DNA from: Blasia pusilla
Taxonomy: Eukaryota
Direction: 5' to 3'
Assembly (NCBI GenBank): GCA_050084515.1
Contig: CM114271.1
Span: 41,726,001 to 41,790,000, forward strand
Length of the DNA: 64,000 nucleotides
Numbering within the stretch: position 1 is the first letter of the stretch; each line of letters starts with the position of its first letter. Below, piece by piece: positions 52,250-64,000 of the stretch. A program made the translations under genes and the position numbers. The notes below the pieces were generated by a model that was given only the letters and a program-made list of their open reading frames with translations, was not told where the DNA came from and did not search any database.

Positions 52250-55073
52250 GCGGGATACGGATTGAGTTGGCTAGTGATACGCTGATCTTTCGTCGACCCT
52301 ATAGGTATTCCAATATGGAGCGAGCCTTGATTTAGAATTTGTGGAGTTATCGCATGGAGAGTATGCATTTGCCACAGTCATGCCGACAAAGAAGGATATG
52401 AATGGAAATTGGACAGATAGACGGATGTGTGGAGATTACCGTCCTATCAACCGATAGATGAGGTCAGATCGGTACGCCACGCCTACTCCTGAGGATATCC
52501 TTGATGCGGTAGGGCATACAAAGATCTTCAGTACTTTAGATCTCCGTTCTGGCTATCATCAGCTTCCTATCAAGTTGGAGGACACGCGTAGGGAGAAGAC
52601 AACATTCTCGAGGATAGATCGGTTTGGGAGAGATTGTCTGCATCAGTAGCAATTCTTACCATTTGGGTTGAAGAACGCGCATGCGGAGTTCCAGAGAGTG
52701 ATGGATAGGATTATGGCTGGCTTGGATTTTATACGGTGTTACATAGATGATATTCTTATCTTCAGTTCCACGATTGAGGAGCATGATCGACACGTGGAGG
52801 AGGTGTTTCGGAAATTGCAGATATATGGACTCATGTTACATCCACGCAAGTGCAGATTCTTTCAGGAGCATATTGAGTACTTGGGACATACCATATACCA
52901 GAGTGGGTTAGGTGAGTGTCAAACTTCTATCGAAGATATGTCAAAGGTTTTAGTGCAATCGTGAAGTCTTTGACCTTGTTGACGGGACTTGATCAAGTTT
53001 GGTTATGGGGAGATGATTAGGAGCGAGCATATCAAGAGCTCTAGGACAGGTTGACGTCCTCATCCATTTTACATAGACCAATTAGGGGTCGCCCATTCCA
53101 ATTACATACGTATTGGAGCATGTTGGGTATAGGAGGAGTGCTTACTCAGAGGGATGACGAGGAGAGGGAGTTCGTTGTGGCTAACGCGAGCCAATCAAAC
53201 AACATTGCAGAGGCAAAGTACAACTCCTGTGAGGGAGAGTGCTTAGGTGTATTGTGGGCCATGGCACACTTCATGTTCTATATATTCGACAACCCTTTCA
53301 CATCACACTTATCACTAATCATCAGCCGTTGAGGTGGTAGATGGAGTTCAAAAAGCTTACGGGAAAGCTTGCCAGGTGGGCTCTATTACGACAAGAGTAT
53401 GAGTTTGAGGTGGATTATAGGCCAGGTTGGTTGAGCTAGGATGCAGATGGGTTGAGTCATAACCCAAATTCAAGTCAAAGAGATAACACAAGAGCACGAT
53501 GGCATGAAGAGAGTGATGAGGAGATGGTGCCCGGTTGGCATGCATCTACCTATCTTTGATGGTTGACTATGGTAGGTCAACCACAGGTAGTGACTCAAGT
53601 GGTGGGATTGGATGATGAGTCTTTGGATCCAGAGGTCATTGAGGAGGCAACAGGCGGTCGTGATATCCATGACGACGTGGAGGTTGTGGAGTTCTTGCGT
53701 AGTGGCATCATAGCGAGAACAATGAGTGCTAAAAAGCAGGATCGGATCCTACAAAGAGTCGAGACTCAAGTGGGAGGGGATTCATATTTTTCGGGTATGG
53801 GGAGATGGTAGGATACGAGTGGAACCTCATCCTTCCCAGCGAGCACGTGTAGTGCGACATGCCCATGAGGAGTTGGGGCATTTTGGAGTAAAGCATACTT
53901 ACCGCTTACTCCAGGTTCAGTATTGGTGGCGCGGCATGCATACTTGGATACAACAGTTTTTGGCCACATGTATGGTATGTGACCAAGTGCGAGCATCCTT
54001 CAATGCTCCCACTTTGCAGTTACATCCTTTTCCGATTATGGGTTTAGGTTATCGGTGGAGCTTAGCCTTTGTGGGACCTTTGCCATTGACGGGGCATCAT
54101 CACAGGTACATGTTGGTCATGGTGGAGCATTTATCCAAGTGGATAGAGTTGGTGGCACTACCGGGCAAGGCGAGCAAGGGAACAACGTATGTATTTCTAA
54201 AATAAGTGCTTAGTCACTTTGGTGCACGTGCGGAGGTGTTGACTAACCAGGGTAACGAGTTCAGGGGAGAGTTTCACGCCTTGTGTGATCAGGCGCTGAT
54301 AGATCACTCCACCACGTCCAAAGATTATCCTAAGGCGGATGGGTTGGCAGAGAGAGTAGTACAGACGGTGAAGAGAGGATTACGCAAATATAGCTTGCAG
54401 CGGGGATAGTTGAGGGAGTGGGACCTACAATTGCCATGATTGGCTATGGGTTATCATTTCAGTTGGCAGACATCCTTGGCATCATTTTCATCATACTTTT
54501 TGCTCTTTGGGAGAGAGCCAGATTTACTTGCAGCTCTTTGACGTAACATGGCGGAGGTGTTAGATCTTGATGATCCAGATATATGGGTACAAGCATGTTC
54601 TCAGAGGGTGGAGATTTTTTGTAGAGTTATGCCTATGGCCTTTGATAACTTAGCTATTGCTTAGCATAGGGATATAGCTAGAGATTATGTGGGAGTGGGA
54701 CCTACAATTGACTTACGTTGAGGGAGTGGGACCTACAATTTGCTATTCATCCTAGAGATTACGTGCGGCACCCACGACACTACATGTGGACGAGGTGTTA
54801 TCGATCGGAGTCCTCTTGTTGGAGGGACGGGATGGTACGGTTTGGAAGGATCATGTACGCAATTGTGCGCCATGTCATCTTCCAAACGTGGATGGGATAT
54901 TGGATCCGAGCTTTGCAATGTTACCTATATGCTTGAGGTGTATGTTGTGTGGATCTCCGAGGGATGCAACCACCATGTTGGTATGTGATGGTTGTTCTCG
55001 TGGATGGCATATGTCATGTCTGAATCTCCCTCTTGATGTGGTTCCCACATGATGATCGATATGTCCGAGATGT
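52250..55073 (+). pseudogene. Gypsy pol: RT, RNase H, integrase (H2C2 + core) and C-terminal PHD finger
   Basis: RMCGDYRPIN, IFSTLDLRSGYHQ, CYIDDILIFS, PFQLHTYWS, HAHEELGHFG..WWRGM..CMVC, DGLAERVVQTVKR, PHD CMLC..LVCDGCSRGWHMSCL..CPRC (54939-55073). Confidence 0.9.
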
Positions 55074-55159
55074 ATATAGGGTAGTAAATCATGTTAGAGA
55101 GATGTGATATCTGCTATCTGGAGTCGAGGGGATCCAACTGCTAGTTAGGGGGACGGTTA

Positions 55160-55913
55160 TGTGATCTCGATGTATATGCGTGAGTTGATTTTTGTGCTTG
55201 TGTGGATTTATCCGTATGTTGGGGAAGATGAGTGTTGTGTGGTGTGGATGTGACCAGCGATATGTATTATGTAGCGATGTGTAGGCATATAAAAACTCTC
55301 ACATCTGAGTAGCCATTAGATAGGGATCTATTGCGGAGACGACATAGAGAGCCAGCGGACTATTGTGAATATAACTTCGTCCTGAGGTGTCGGATGGGGT
55401 TGAGAATATTTCCGTTGCATTAGGAACGTTGTTTATGACAACTTTCCTTTCGAAGTCTTTCACATCCAGGTGACTTGTTGAGCAGGTCATCCGCCCTTAG
55501 TAACCTGTGCGTGTAGTTACCATAAGGATTGCTATCTTTAGGGGAGGAGCCTTTTGGCTCTTCCCACACCTACATATAGGAGAGAGATGGCTTTCGCAAG
55601 CCATCTTTCTCATGTCGGGCCGTTGGAGCACCATTCTTGCTCGTGTGTGTGAGCTAGGACTGGGGTGCTAGCGTCTGGATTTGTTGATAGCACAAGGTGG
55701 ACAAGGCTTGTTATGCCGATGTAGATTGAGGAGTGGAGTTTTAGGCCGAGTGTGTCATTTTTTATCTTCTTTTTGTTGTGTGATCTCGATGTATATTCGT
55801 GAGTTGATTTTTGTACTTGTGTGGATCTACCCGTATGTTGGGGAAGATCAATGTTGTGTGGTGTGTATGTGACCAGTGATATGTATTGTGTAGCGATGTG
55901 TATGCGCACGACA
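55160..55913 (+). repeat. 3' terminal repeat region with B1-A-B2 layout, preceded by a polypurine tract
   Basis: AGGGGGACGG at 55147-55156. 55160-55285 is duplicated at 55778-55905. The intervening 55297-55770 is homologous to the 5' ends at 30266 and 46605. Confidence 0.8.
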
Positions 55914-58410
55914 CACCTCAATAAAAATTTGAAAAGTCTCATCAAACATCTTGATATGAATAGAACCGATCCCTACAATCTCGCATGGCATGTCGTTCCC
56001 CATCGAGATTGTTCCACAAATCCAATTGCGATATGTATTGAAGCACTTTTTGCGGGGACACATGCGGTTAGAGCAACCAAAATCCATAATCCATGCATCA
56101 CGGAGAATGTCCATTCCAGAAGTTACACTTAATACATAATCATCTCCGTATGACTCTCCTACGCTAGCTTGTTCAGAGGTCTGACCTTTCTCTCTACGTA
56201 CGTTCCTCGGAGGGTCCTTTCTTTGCACCTCTTTACAATATTTTTTCATCTAGCCTACCTTTCCATCGGTCCAGAATTTACCTTTCACATTAGTACTTCT
56301 AGATCGAGACTTCAACCTATATCTACCTCTGCTTTGACTCCTATCAGTTGGCCTACCTCGACAACAAGAGCCTCTGAGTTTTTTTTCTCACTGCTTGACA
56401 TCTTCCTAACTCATTAAACAAAAATTTCGTAGTGACCTCATCCAACCCTATTGTATCTTTACCATATTATTGAATACTAACCAGGTGCTCAAAAGAGGCG
56501 GTCCCAAACTTACCCTCAACCCTTTCCCACCTCCTCCTCTTGGTATTTTCTGTTTCCCACCTCCTAGTAAATGTTGCGACCATGTTCTCTTGCGACGGCC
56601 TCTTGGACCATCCCTAACCAAGTTCGCTATGCGCTAAGAGAACAAGACCATTGAGTCATGATAGTTCAGATGGGGCTGCCCTTGGTCCATTAGTTCCCTA
56701 GGAGGCCACTTCAAAAAATTCTCAATTGACACTTTTAAAATGAAAGACCTGTTTACAAATTTATTGGTTGGGTATATTGAATGGTTAGTTCTTGAGGTAC
56801 AATATTTTCACTCTTACCTCCCCAAAATTCGACCCTACACATACTATGCCCCGATAAATGAGAAAACTCATTTCATGCTTGTATTGAAAATTCCGTATTG
56901 TATTAAAAGTATGTTATTTCCTATTGCTCACTAGCATCCTTACTAGTTTAGAATATATCAGGCCAACAACTCCTTCCATGCGAAGATAACAAGAAACACC
57001 ATTCTGTTCGCTTTAAACCTAAATAGGCCATACCTTCAACGTGTCTCTACCCAATTATGACGGTTGCGCCTTTTTTACCGTCCAGTTTGCAGGTATGACC
57101 AGAATTCTAAAGTAAATTTTATAGGCAGATCTTTTGTCTGTCTATTTTGGTTTGTGTTTCCTAGTGACTCTCCACGGCGCTAACGCGGGCCTCACATTGG
57201 TTTCATCCAATGAACAATATTTTTTTCTTAAAAACGTCTTCGTCACATATCGTTTCCGAGTTAACTGCTTACTCATTTATTGAGTAAGCAGTTACTGCGG
57301 ACAAATAATTTATTCTTTGTCCTCTTATGAAGTGATAAAGTGGAAATTCCTCAATTTTCTTGACATATTGTTTCTGAGTTAACTTCCTACTCACCTCTTC
57401 GTCGAACTTTATTCTACCCATCAAAATGCCCAGGTGGAAAGGTGGCAACATTGGAGCTTCCGTTAAGGTTGTGGTGCCGAGAACCGGTGTAAGCAAATGA
57501 TTGGATGGAAATCGGTATCAGCCGCGGGAGAATCTTCACTCCCTGTCCGAAGTCCTTATTCTCTACCAACTCAAAGGACAACTCTATGTTTTGTCAGCTC
57601 TTGGTACTACATGTCTCCCTGCTATTAGACGCTACTTCCATATAGAGGATCTTCATCAAGTTTCTCCTCTGATGTGGCCACGCTGAGCGAACGAATCAAG
57701 TAGTGCCAGCGCACGCGTACGTACTAGGGAAATTTTCACTCCCTTCGCTATCGTAAAAACAGCTAATTTTATTATAGTCACATTCGTGGTAAGAGTTTCG
57801 GGGACAGTAGGCAAGCTTTTCATTTCATTTTATTTTATTCACTTAGAGTCTTAGGCACAAGAAGAAAAAATAAACTCCACGTGGGAGGGATAGAGACTGG
57901 TTCTAGATAATTACTTCCGTACGTGACGGGAAACGTCCACCTGTCAAGACATTACCCAACTTTCTTGTCCATCTCCTTCGCATTAGCCTACTGTCGCCGA
58001 CAGTGACCGCCTTGCCATCCCGTCGCCGTAACTTGACGTGAACTGCAGACAATTTCCCCGACGCTGTTACAGTCCCTGAGACAAGCGTGGCCAGAGAAAA
58101 CCTAGACGGGATCTAGATGCACGGTGAATTAACGTGACCAAAAGTAATCTCACGTGGGGAAATTGTTGGGGTCGCTTCAAGGACCGTTTCTGGCCCACGT
58201 CATCGAACGTGATTTTGTTTCCTCCGTATTAACAAATTATTATTATGGTAGGGTATTTTTTTATTTGTAAATAATTTTATTGCTTGATAATGATAATTGG
58301 AAAAAAATATTTTTTATATTATAAATAATGAGAAAAAAATTTGAATCTATGTGCAACCTCATTAAAAAAATTCATAAATTATTTATCAATTTTTTTAAAA
58401 AAAATTATAT

Positions 58411-59544
58411 CCTGTACATCGCATGGGCAACTTACTAATTTATATTATTAGAAGATGACAGGGTTTTAGGATTCTATCCTCCACTCTCGTTTCTTCTCAC
58501 TAGTTAGGTATCCATGCGATGCACGGAAAAAAACTTGTTTGAAGAGTTTTTTTTTAGTGAGGGGATTAATGATGCCGCATACAAATTCAAATTTTGTTCT
58601 TCCTGTCCATAACATGTGAAACATTTTTTTCTTATCCAATTACCACGTGTCAATAGGGCCTTAAAAAATAGGTGTTTAATTAAGTTTAAATTTTCATATT
58701 TTATTTAATTAAAAATTTAAGTACAATTTCCACTTTTTAAGATCTTAAAAGAGTAAGAAAAATTCACCTTTAAATAACACCCATCTCCCCTAAATAATTT
58801 CTATCCTCCGTAAGAGCTCAGAGAATAAGTATTCTCCCCTTTTCACTCTTCCCACCAAAATAACATTCACTAACCAAAATCTTAGCTAATTTCAATTGAC
58901 GAAATTATTTTCCTTTTCCACTCAGATTCATTTTCCTTTCCCAAAATATCATATGTGAATTAATAAGATTATTTTAAAAATTACCATGTTATTTATTTCA
59001 AATTCTAAATATGATTTCTATTTTCTAAAATCTTAGAAGATTATTAACATTTCATTGTTCTTAGTAATTACAATCCTCCGTTTAAATTTAAGTAATATCC
59101 CAAAACAATAAGTAATTTTATCTTTCCATAAAATTTTAAAAAATATACTCCTCCATTAAAAAAAATTCTTTTTTCCATAAAAGATGAATTGAGGTAAAAA
59201 TTTTAATTTTTGGTAATTTATCATAATTAAAACGTTTTTTAATATCTATAATCACCCATTATAGTATTAAATTGAATACTAATTGATTTATATATATTCG
59301 ACTCAAATTCCTATTCGTTTCCTTTGTTCGATTTCTAACCAAGGCCAAGGCAACAAAATTCGAGGATGTTGCCTATTTTGTCTTATTGTCCCGCTATCTT
59401 GTCGTATTATGCATATGTGGTCGCCAATTATTATATAGATGACAACATGTTCAACATAACAACTAAATTATCATAACGGCCTTTTCACGAGATGTCTTTT
59501 TCATGGATGATTTTCACATGTGCATAGCACCGGTATTATACTAG
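58411..59544. mobile_element. Cluster of non-autonomous Helitron 3' ends in AT-rich DNA
   Basis: CCTGTACATCGCATGGG..CTAA|T (+, ends 58438); TCCGTGCATCGCATGGA..CTAG|T (-, ends 58500); GTGCATAGCAC..CTAG (+, ends 59544). Same hairpin family as at 13980. Confidence 0.55.
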
Positions 59545-60174
59545 CATATGAGAGAAAGTACATTGTTATGAAGACAAACTAGTGTAAGGTTGTGCACATT
59601 TCCATTTAAATTATCTTTCATAGTTAATTTTACAAATTTAAAATGTTTTTTTAAATTATTTTTGATTCTTATTGGGTCAAAAAATGAGTGAACCTACAGG
59701 TTGCAAGTGCGATGTGTCAAGAGGGAAGGAGCTTACAAAACGAAGGGGAAATCTCCAATAATAATATATATGACGTTTAAAAGTAGTTGATTGCAATTTT
59801 ACGATCAATATATCCACTAGTATATCTTTAAGAATTGCATAATCTTTGCTCGTGTCAAAGAATATATAAGTTATAGTTAGTGATACCGAGGATAGAAGAA
59901 CTCTATAAACATGTTGCATAAGGCCTACAATATTGATTGTTGCGGATTTTTGTGCGTGGATGGTATCACTTCATGAATGGTGGACTGTGAGAGTTCTCTC
60001 AAGTTGACGAGGTAGGGGATTATTCCAATATTTGGAAGCATATTTTGCAGGAATCTACTAAATAAGTATAATTATGGCCCCTATATGTATGCTTCGTTTT
60101 GTTTCTCGGCTGAGCAAGCTATTTCAATTTGTGTGATTGTTGTATACCGTGGATGAAAATTTTATGTGTCTACC

Positions 60175-60330
60175 TATCGTGGATCTCCGTAACCTTATTT
60201 GTGTAACCGTAACCCGATTTGTGTGACTCGTGGATCTCCTTAATCCGATTCGTGTGACTCGTGTGACTCAAATTAGTATGATTAATAATTCGTGTGACTT
60301 AAATTCATATGGTTAAATTCGTGTAACAAC
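60175..60330 (+). repeat. Degenerate short tandem repeats with a (T)CGTGTGACT / CGTAACC core
   Basis: The core recurs about six times or more over ~150 bp. Confidence 0.6.
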
Positions 60331-61048
60331 CTCATATGTGGTGGGTTTTAAGTATTTATCTCTAGTCCCACAATTCCCTCTTTATCCGTTTGTATTTTCT
60401 CTTCTCCGTGCCATTATCTTGGTATACAAACTAGTGGTAGTTTGTATTTCCGTCCCACATCGTATACTTGTTTACATCTCCGTTTGTAGTTTTTTCTCTC
60501 CGTGCACTATCTTGGTGCCATCTACTCTAGTGATGGTTTGTATTTTCGTCCCATCTCGAATAAAAACAAGGCATTTTTTCTCCTCCCAAAACTTCCCTCC
60601 AAACAAACTAGTGTGGTTTGTAAGAATTACAAAATTCTTTCTCACCCACCCTTATCAAAGGGCCGCATATTGGTTAATAGAACTCTCACACACACTACAC
60701 TTGAGAATACAATTTCATAATTAGTGAAGGAGTAGGAACATGTCACCTTCCCAATAAGCCCTATCCATGACCAATGACTTTGGTCAAACTAATTATGGTT
60801 AACTATCCTTACGTAATCTAATGATGGTTAATTAACTAAGATGATCTAATTTGTGTGATTTCCAAATGTTTCATTCTAATTGTTTGATTCATTCTTTGAT
60901 CCCCTTCCCCTTCTCCTTAAGATGAGATTTCCAAGATGCGTGCATAAAAAAGTTTACAAAAAGATCTCGCTAAAATCCAACTCAATATTCTTTTAATAAA
61001 TATAAATTCATTTGGAAAAAAAATGGAAGTAAGGGGGATTAAATTATA

Positions 61049-64000
61049 TGTTAAGTTTGCAACAAACAAGAAGGTATGTATGGAATCTAGCAAGATCTAA
61101 GAGGTTATGTGAGCCCATATATGTATCTATTTGGCATGCACGTGCATGTGAAAGGGAAAATCTTTATATTTATGTACAAATAGTTAAATCATGTAGAATT
61201 TCTTCATGCGAAGCTTTATTCAATAATTCATTCTTAACATCCATATAGTGTAGTCTTCACTTCTTACTCACTACAATTGTAACCATTATTCTTGCCATTC
61301 TTGATCATGAATTAGCCTTGTCCTTGCCCATTCAGGATACAGACATCCTTGGATGGAGCGAGTTCGACAAAGTTTATAATCGGACATGAGGTTGTGGTGA
61401 GGATTCGCCCGGGATATCCATCAGATGATAATGATCGATGCCGAGTCTGTCGTGCGCTTACACATCACTACACAACATACATCGTTGTCATCGAACACAC
61501 ACACTAAAATACACGATCCCATGCTAACTCATGGCATCCATATAGAGAGGTGAGAAGTACCAAAATATCTCCAATAAAATAAGATCCAATCTCTCTCACA
61601 ACACCATAGTTCTCACATGTGTGCACTCTCACATGTCTCTCTCAATGTCAAACCAAACCCACTCTCCTAATGAGAGGCTTGGGTTATATACACAAGGCAA
61701 GCAAGAACATAGCTCCGCCGCCTCATGCCAAGAGGTTCAACAAAGAGAAAATGAGATCTCAAGCTCTCTCTCTTGGAGGTATATCCCCTTCCCTCTCCCA
61801 AGCCCTCTCAACGGTAACCTATGCTCGTAGGTTACCTCCTTGGCTCTTGACCTGCTGTAGCGGGTCAAGGGCCACTTCCCAAAGTGGAAATTCAGCTATC
61901 CCCCAATATGGGAACTTACCCCGAATAGTAAGTTTCTATATATGGCTCCAAATAAACCGAAACGAAGGGGAAACTTGGTCTCTCAGGTTTCCCAGGGCCT
62001 CAACAGGTCATCCTCGTCCTCCTGGGCATGTCCTTCACTACTCTTGCAGACGCTCTGCTAGATCCCACCGATCTATCATAACAGTCTTGACAAGTCCTAT
62101 GACGTCTTAGTTGGAGGTGAAGTGCTATATCCGATGGGGTTTTCTCTGGATTACTGGGACCACCCTCCACTCATTCTGTCATTGCAAAATTTTATTCTCC
62201 ATGTTGGTGTGTGAGTGTGACAGTCGTTTCTCACCGATAATGCTTCTTTAGCAATTTTCTATATGATATCAGAACGATAGGAGAATATAAATTGAATTTC
62301 TTGGTGTTTGAGGAGATAAGAGAGGCAAGAGAAGACACAATTTCAGTTTGGGAGAAAATAAATTTTGTTCAAAGCTTAGTGGGTGCTAATTTCAGGTGGA
62401 GTTATGAAGGTGACAAAACTTTAGAGGTATTTTTTAGGGCATTCTCGGTCGATTTAGCCATCTGGATTCGTATCTATCATAATGGTTCCAAAATTTGGTT
62501 GTGACCATCTTGTAGAGTTTGTCAAGAGATTTCCAACGTATCCAAAATCGCTCAATTCTAACAATTGGAGCTCGTGCAATAGCAATTTCTGTGAAGAAAA
62601 GTATAATTAATGAAGGAAAGTTGTGCAGTTTGCTCTCTACATGCGAATTTCAACTAGTTCTTTCATACACTTCATCAACTTTGGCAAAGCTAGGTTGATT
62701 TTTCTTTAGGAGTGGTCTATGCTTCAATTGGAGTAGTGGAGAGCCTGAAATTATATTTCTGAGTTAAATTGTTCATCATGGAGTATTCCTCACCAATAAT
62801 CACAGGCAAGGAGCTAGATAAGCAGAATTACAATGTCTGGAAATTTCCCATGAAATAATTTCTCATGGATCAAAAACTATGGGAGATTGTTATAGGTGAT
62901 GAGGCCAAGCCAGGAGATGACTCAACAAACTTGAATGTTCGCGTTTGGAATAAACGAGCAAAGCAAGTTATCCACTACATTTCAATAACTAACAGTTCGC
63001 CATTAATAGGTCATATTCAAGATGTTGATATTCCAAACGAGGCGCGAGATACATTGGAAAAGCTTCAAAAAGCTTCAATTGAAACATCAATTGAACGAAG
63101 TGAGGAAAGATCGCAGAGCATCAATAACTATGTTTTGAGTATCAGACATATTGTTGATCAATTGAATAACATTGGAGTGACACTAGAAGATGATGATCTG
63201 ATTTTGTTCACGCTTCAAGGCCTTCCAAAGGATTAAAAGTCCTTTGAGACCTCTATATATGTGAGAGAGAAGTATCCAACCTTTCAAGAGTTAGTCGCAC
63301 TATTAATGAGTGAGGAGATGTGCCTATTTGGCAGCGATAGCTCATCTAGTTTGCAAGAGAGTGTGCTATTTGCAGGTAATGGATCAAATTGAGGCAGGGG
63401 TTGTGGTAGAAGCTTCTATGGTTGTGGTGGATATCAAGCATATGCAAGAAGATGCACTCAATATAACGTCATTCAATCAACTACAAACTAGTACCATATA
63501 CAATCATAAGGTGATGATGGTGCAAATCGTTGGGATCAAGGTTAGCAAGAGAGGGTCCCTAGATCTTGGAATTACTATGGGCCGGGATAAAGGATCACTA
63601 TGTAAAGTTTTCCTTAAAGAAGAAGGTGGATATGAGAAAGAGAGCCTTATAACAACAAAACTATGTGGAGCAACAACACGAAGGACACTATCAAGATTAA
63701 CAACATTAATAATTTCAGCACCTCTTGGTCATGACTCATCATGTGGGAGCAATGGTCAAGAAAGACTCGGCAACTGAATTGTATATCGACTCTAGTGCAT
63801 CAAATGACATGACCTCATAAGCTAAATGGTTCATTAATATCGAGCCGATGAAAGATATTACAATGATGCTTACATGAGATGACACTCAACATCATACCAG
63901 ACATACCCATAAAGTTCCAATAGTTTCAGATGGTCTTTGTGCTCTTGGAAATGTTCTCAATGTTCTTACCATTGCAATAAACTTGATCTCTATAGGACAT
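61049..64000 (+). mobile_element. 5' part of a second Ty1/Copia element (putative LTR, degenerate tRNA-iMet PBS, gag, protease), running off the window end
   Basis: PBS-like TGATATCAGAAC at 62264-62275. Gag from ATG 62778: ELDKQNYNVWKFPMK*FLMDQKLWEIV and SINNYV..DQLNNIG..DDDLILFTLQGLP. Protease YIDSSASNDMT at ~63780-63815. The LTR start at 61049 is a guess. Confidence 0.8.
61448..62092 (-). mobile_element. Solo LTR (645 bp) related to the MTase/PHD Gypsy group, 4-bp TSD
   Basis: AGTC|TGTCGTGCG...TTGACA|AGTC. Its minus-strand 3' end GATGTGTAAGCGCACGACA matches 55895-55913, and its body matches 34663-35165. Confidence 0.85.

Larger units (their letters stand above)
30266..55913 (+). mobile_element. 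Gypsy-type retrotransposon (gag, PR, C5-MTase, RT, RNase H, INT, PHD) containing further nested inserts
   Basis: Starts TGTCAC, ends GCACGACA, flanked by CACC|...|CACC. 30266-30620 is homologous to 55297-55657. Gag 33330-34420 has FQRQSGESMRDAFTRM and CCHC knuckle CWTCGGPHR*RDC. Pol lies at ~50100-55073. Confidence 0.8.
26944..56480 (-). mobile_element. Ty1/Copia (Tnt1-like) pseudo-element, host of the nested insertions; pieces 55914-56480, 29283-30265, 26944-28270
   Basis: Protease WIMDFGCSNRMC (~56070-56100), GAG-pre-integrase LWHLQLGHLSERG (~30000-30040), integrase ERRMNHTLLERARSML and YHKGVKGYRLWDP, RT AKGYVQREGIEFNQIFSP..LDVTTAFLHGELEEE and AVGSLMYTMTCTQSDISYA. Coding pieces rejoin across both insertion sites. 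Confidence 0.9.

Overview
Eukaryotic nuclear DNA from a land plant, most likely a non-seed lineage such as a bryophyte or lycophyte (inferred from the intronless PAL and the TE families). It holds two intact protein genes, an intronless phenylalanine ammonia-lyase (9453-11678, +) and a 14-exon AXR1/NAE1 NEDD8(RUB)-activating E1 regulatory subunit (20368-25557, -), plus a tRNA-Asn(GTT). Most of the rest is decayed mobile DNA: Helitrons, a MULE/SWIM remnant, a non-LTR RLE remnant, and a ~30 kb nested stack inside a Copia element (26944-56480). Two TE-borne DNA methyltransferase relics sit in that stack. (1) A Gypsy-type retrotransposon has a DNMT3-like C5-cytosine methyltransferase between protease and RT and a PHD finger at the integrase C-terminus. 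It occurs in two copies, with 4-bp TSDs and an apparently split A...B-A-B terminal repeat. (2) A spliced gene encodes a beta-class N4-cytosine/N6-adenine methyltransferase with a possible ParB-like N-terminus, embedded in palindromic CAACCCGTCGG repeats. Both are pseudogenised here. All domain calls are by-eye motif recognition and need HMM confirmation.
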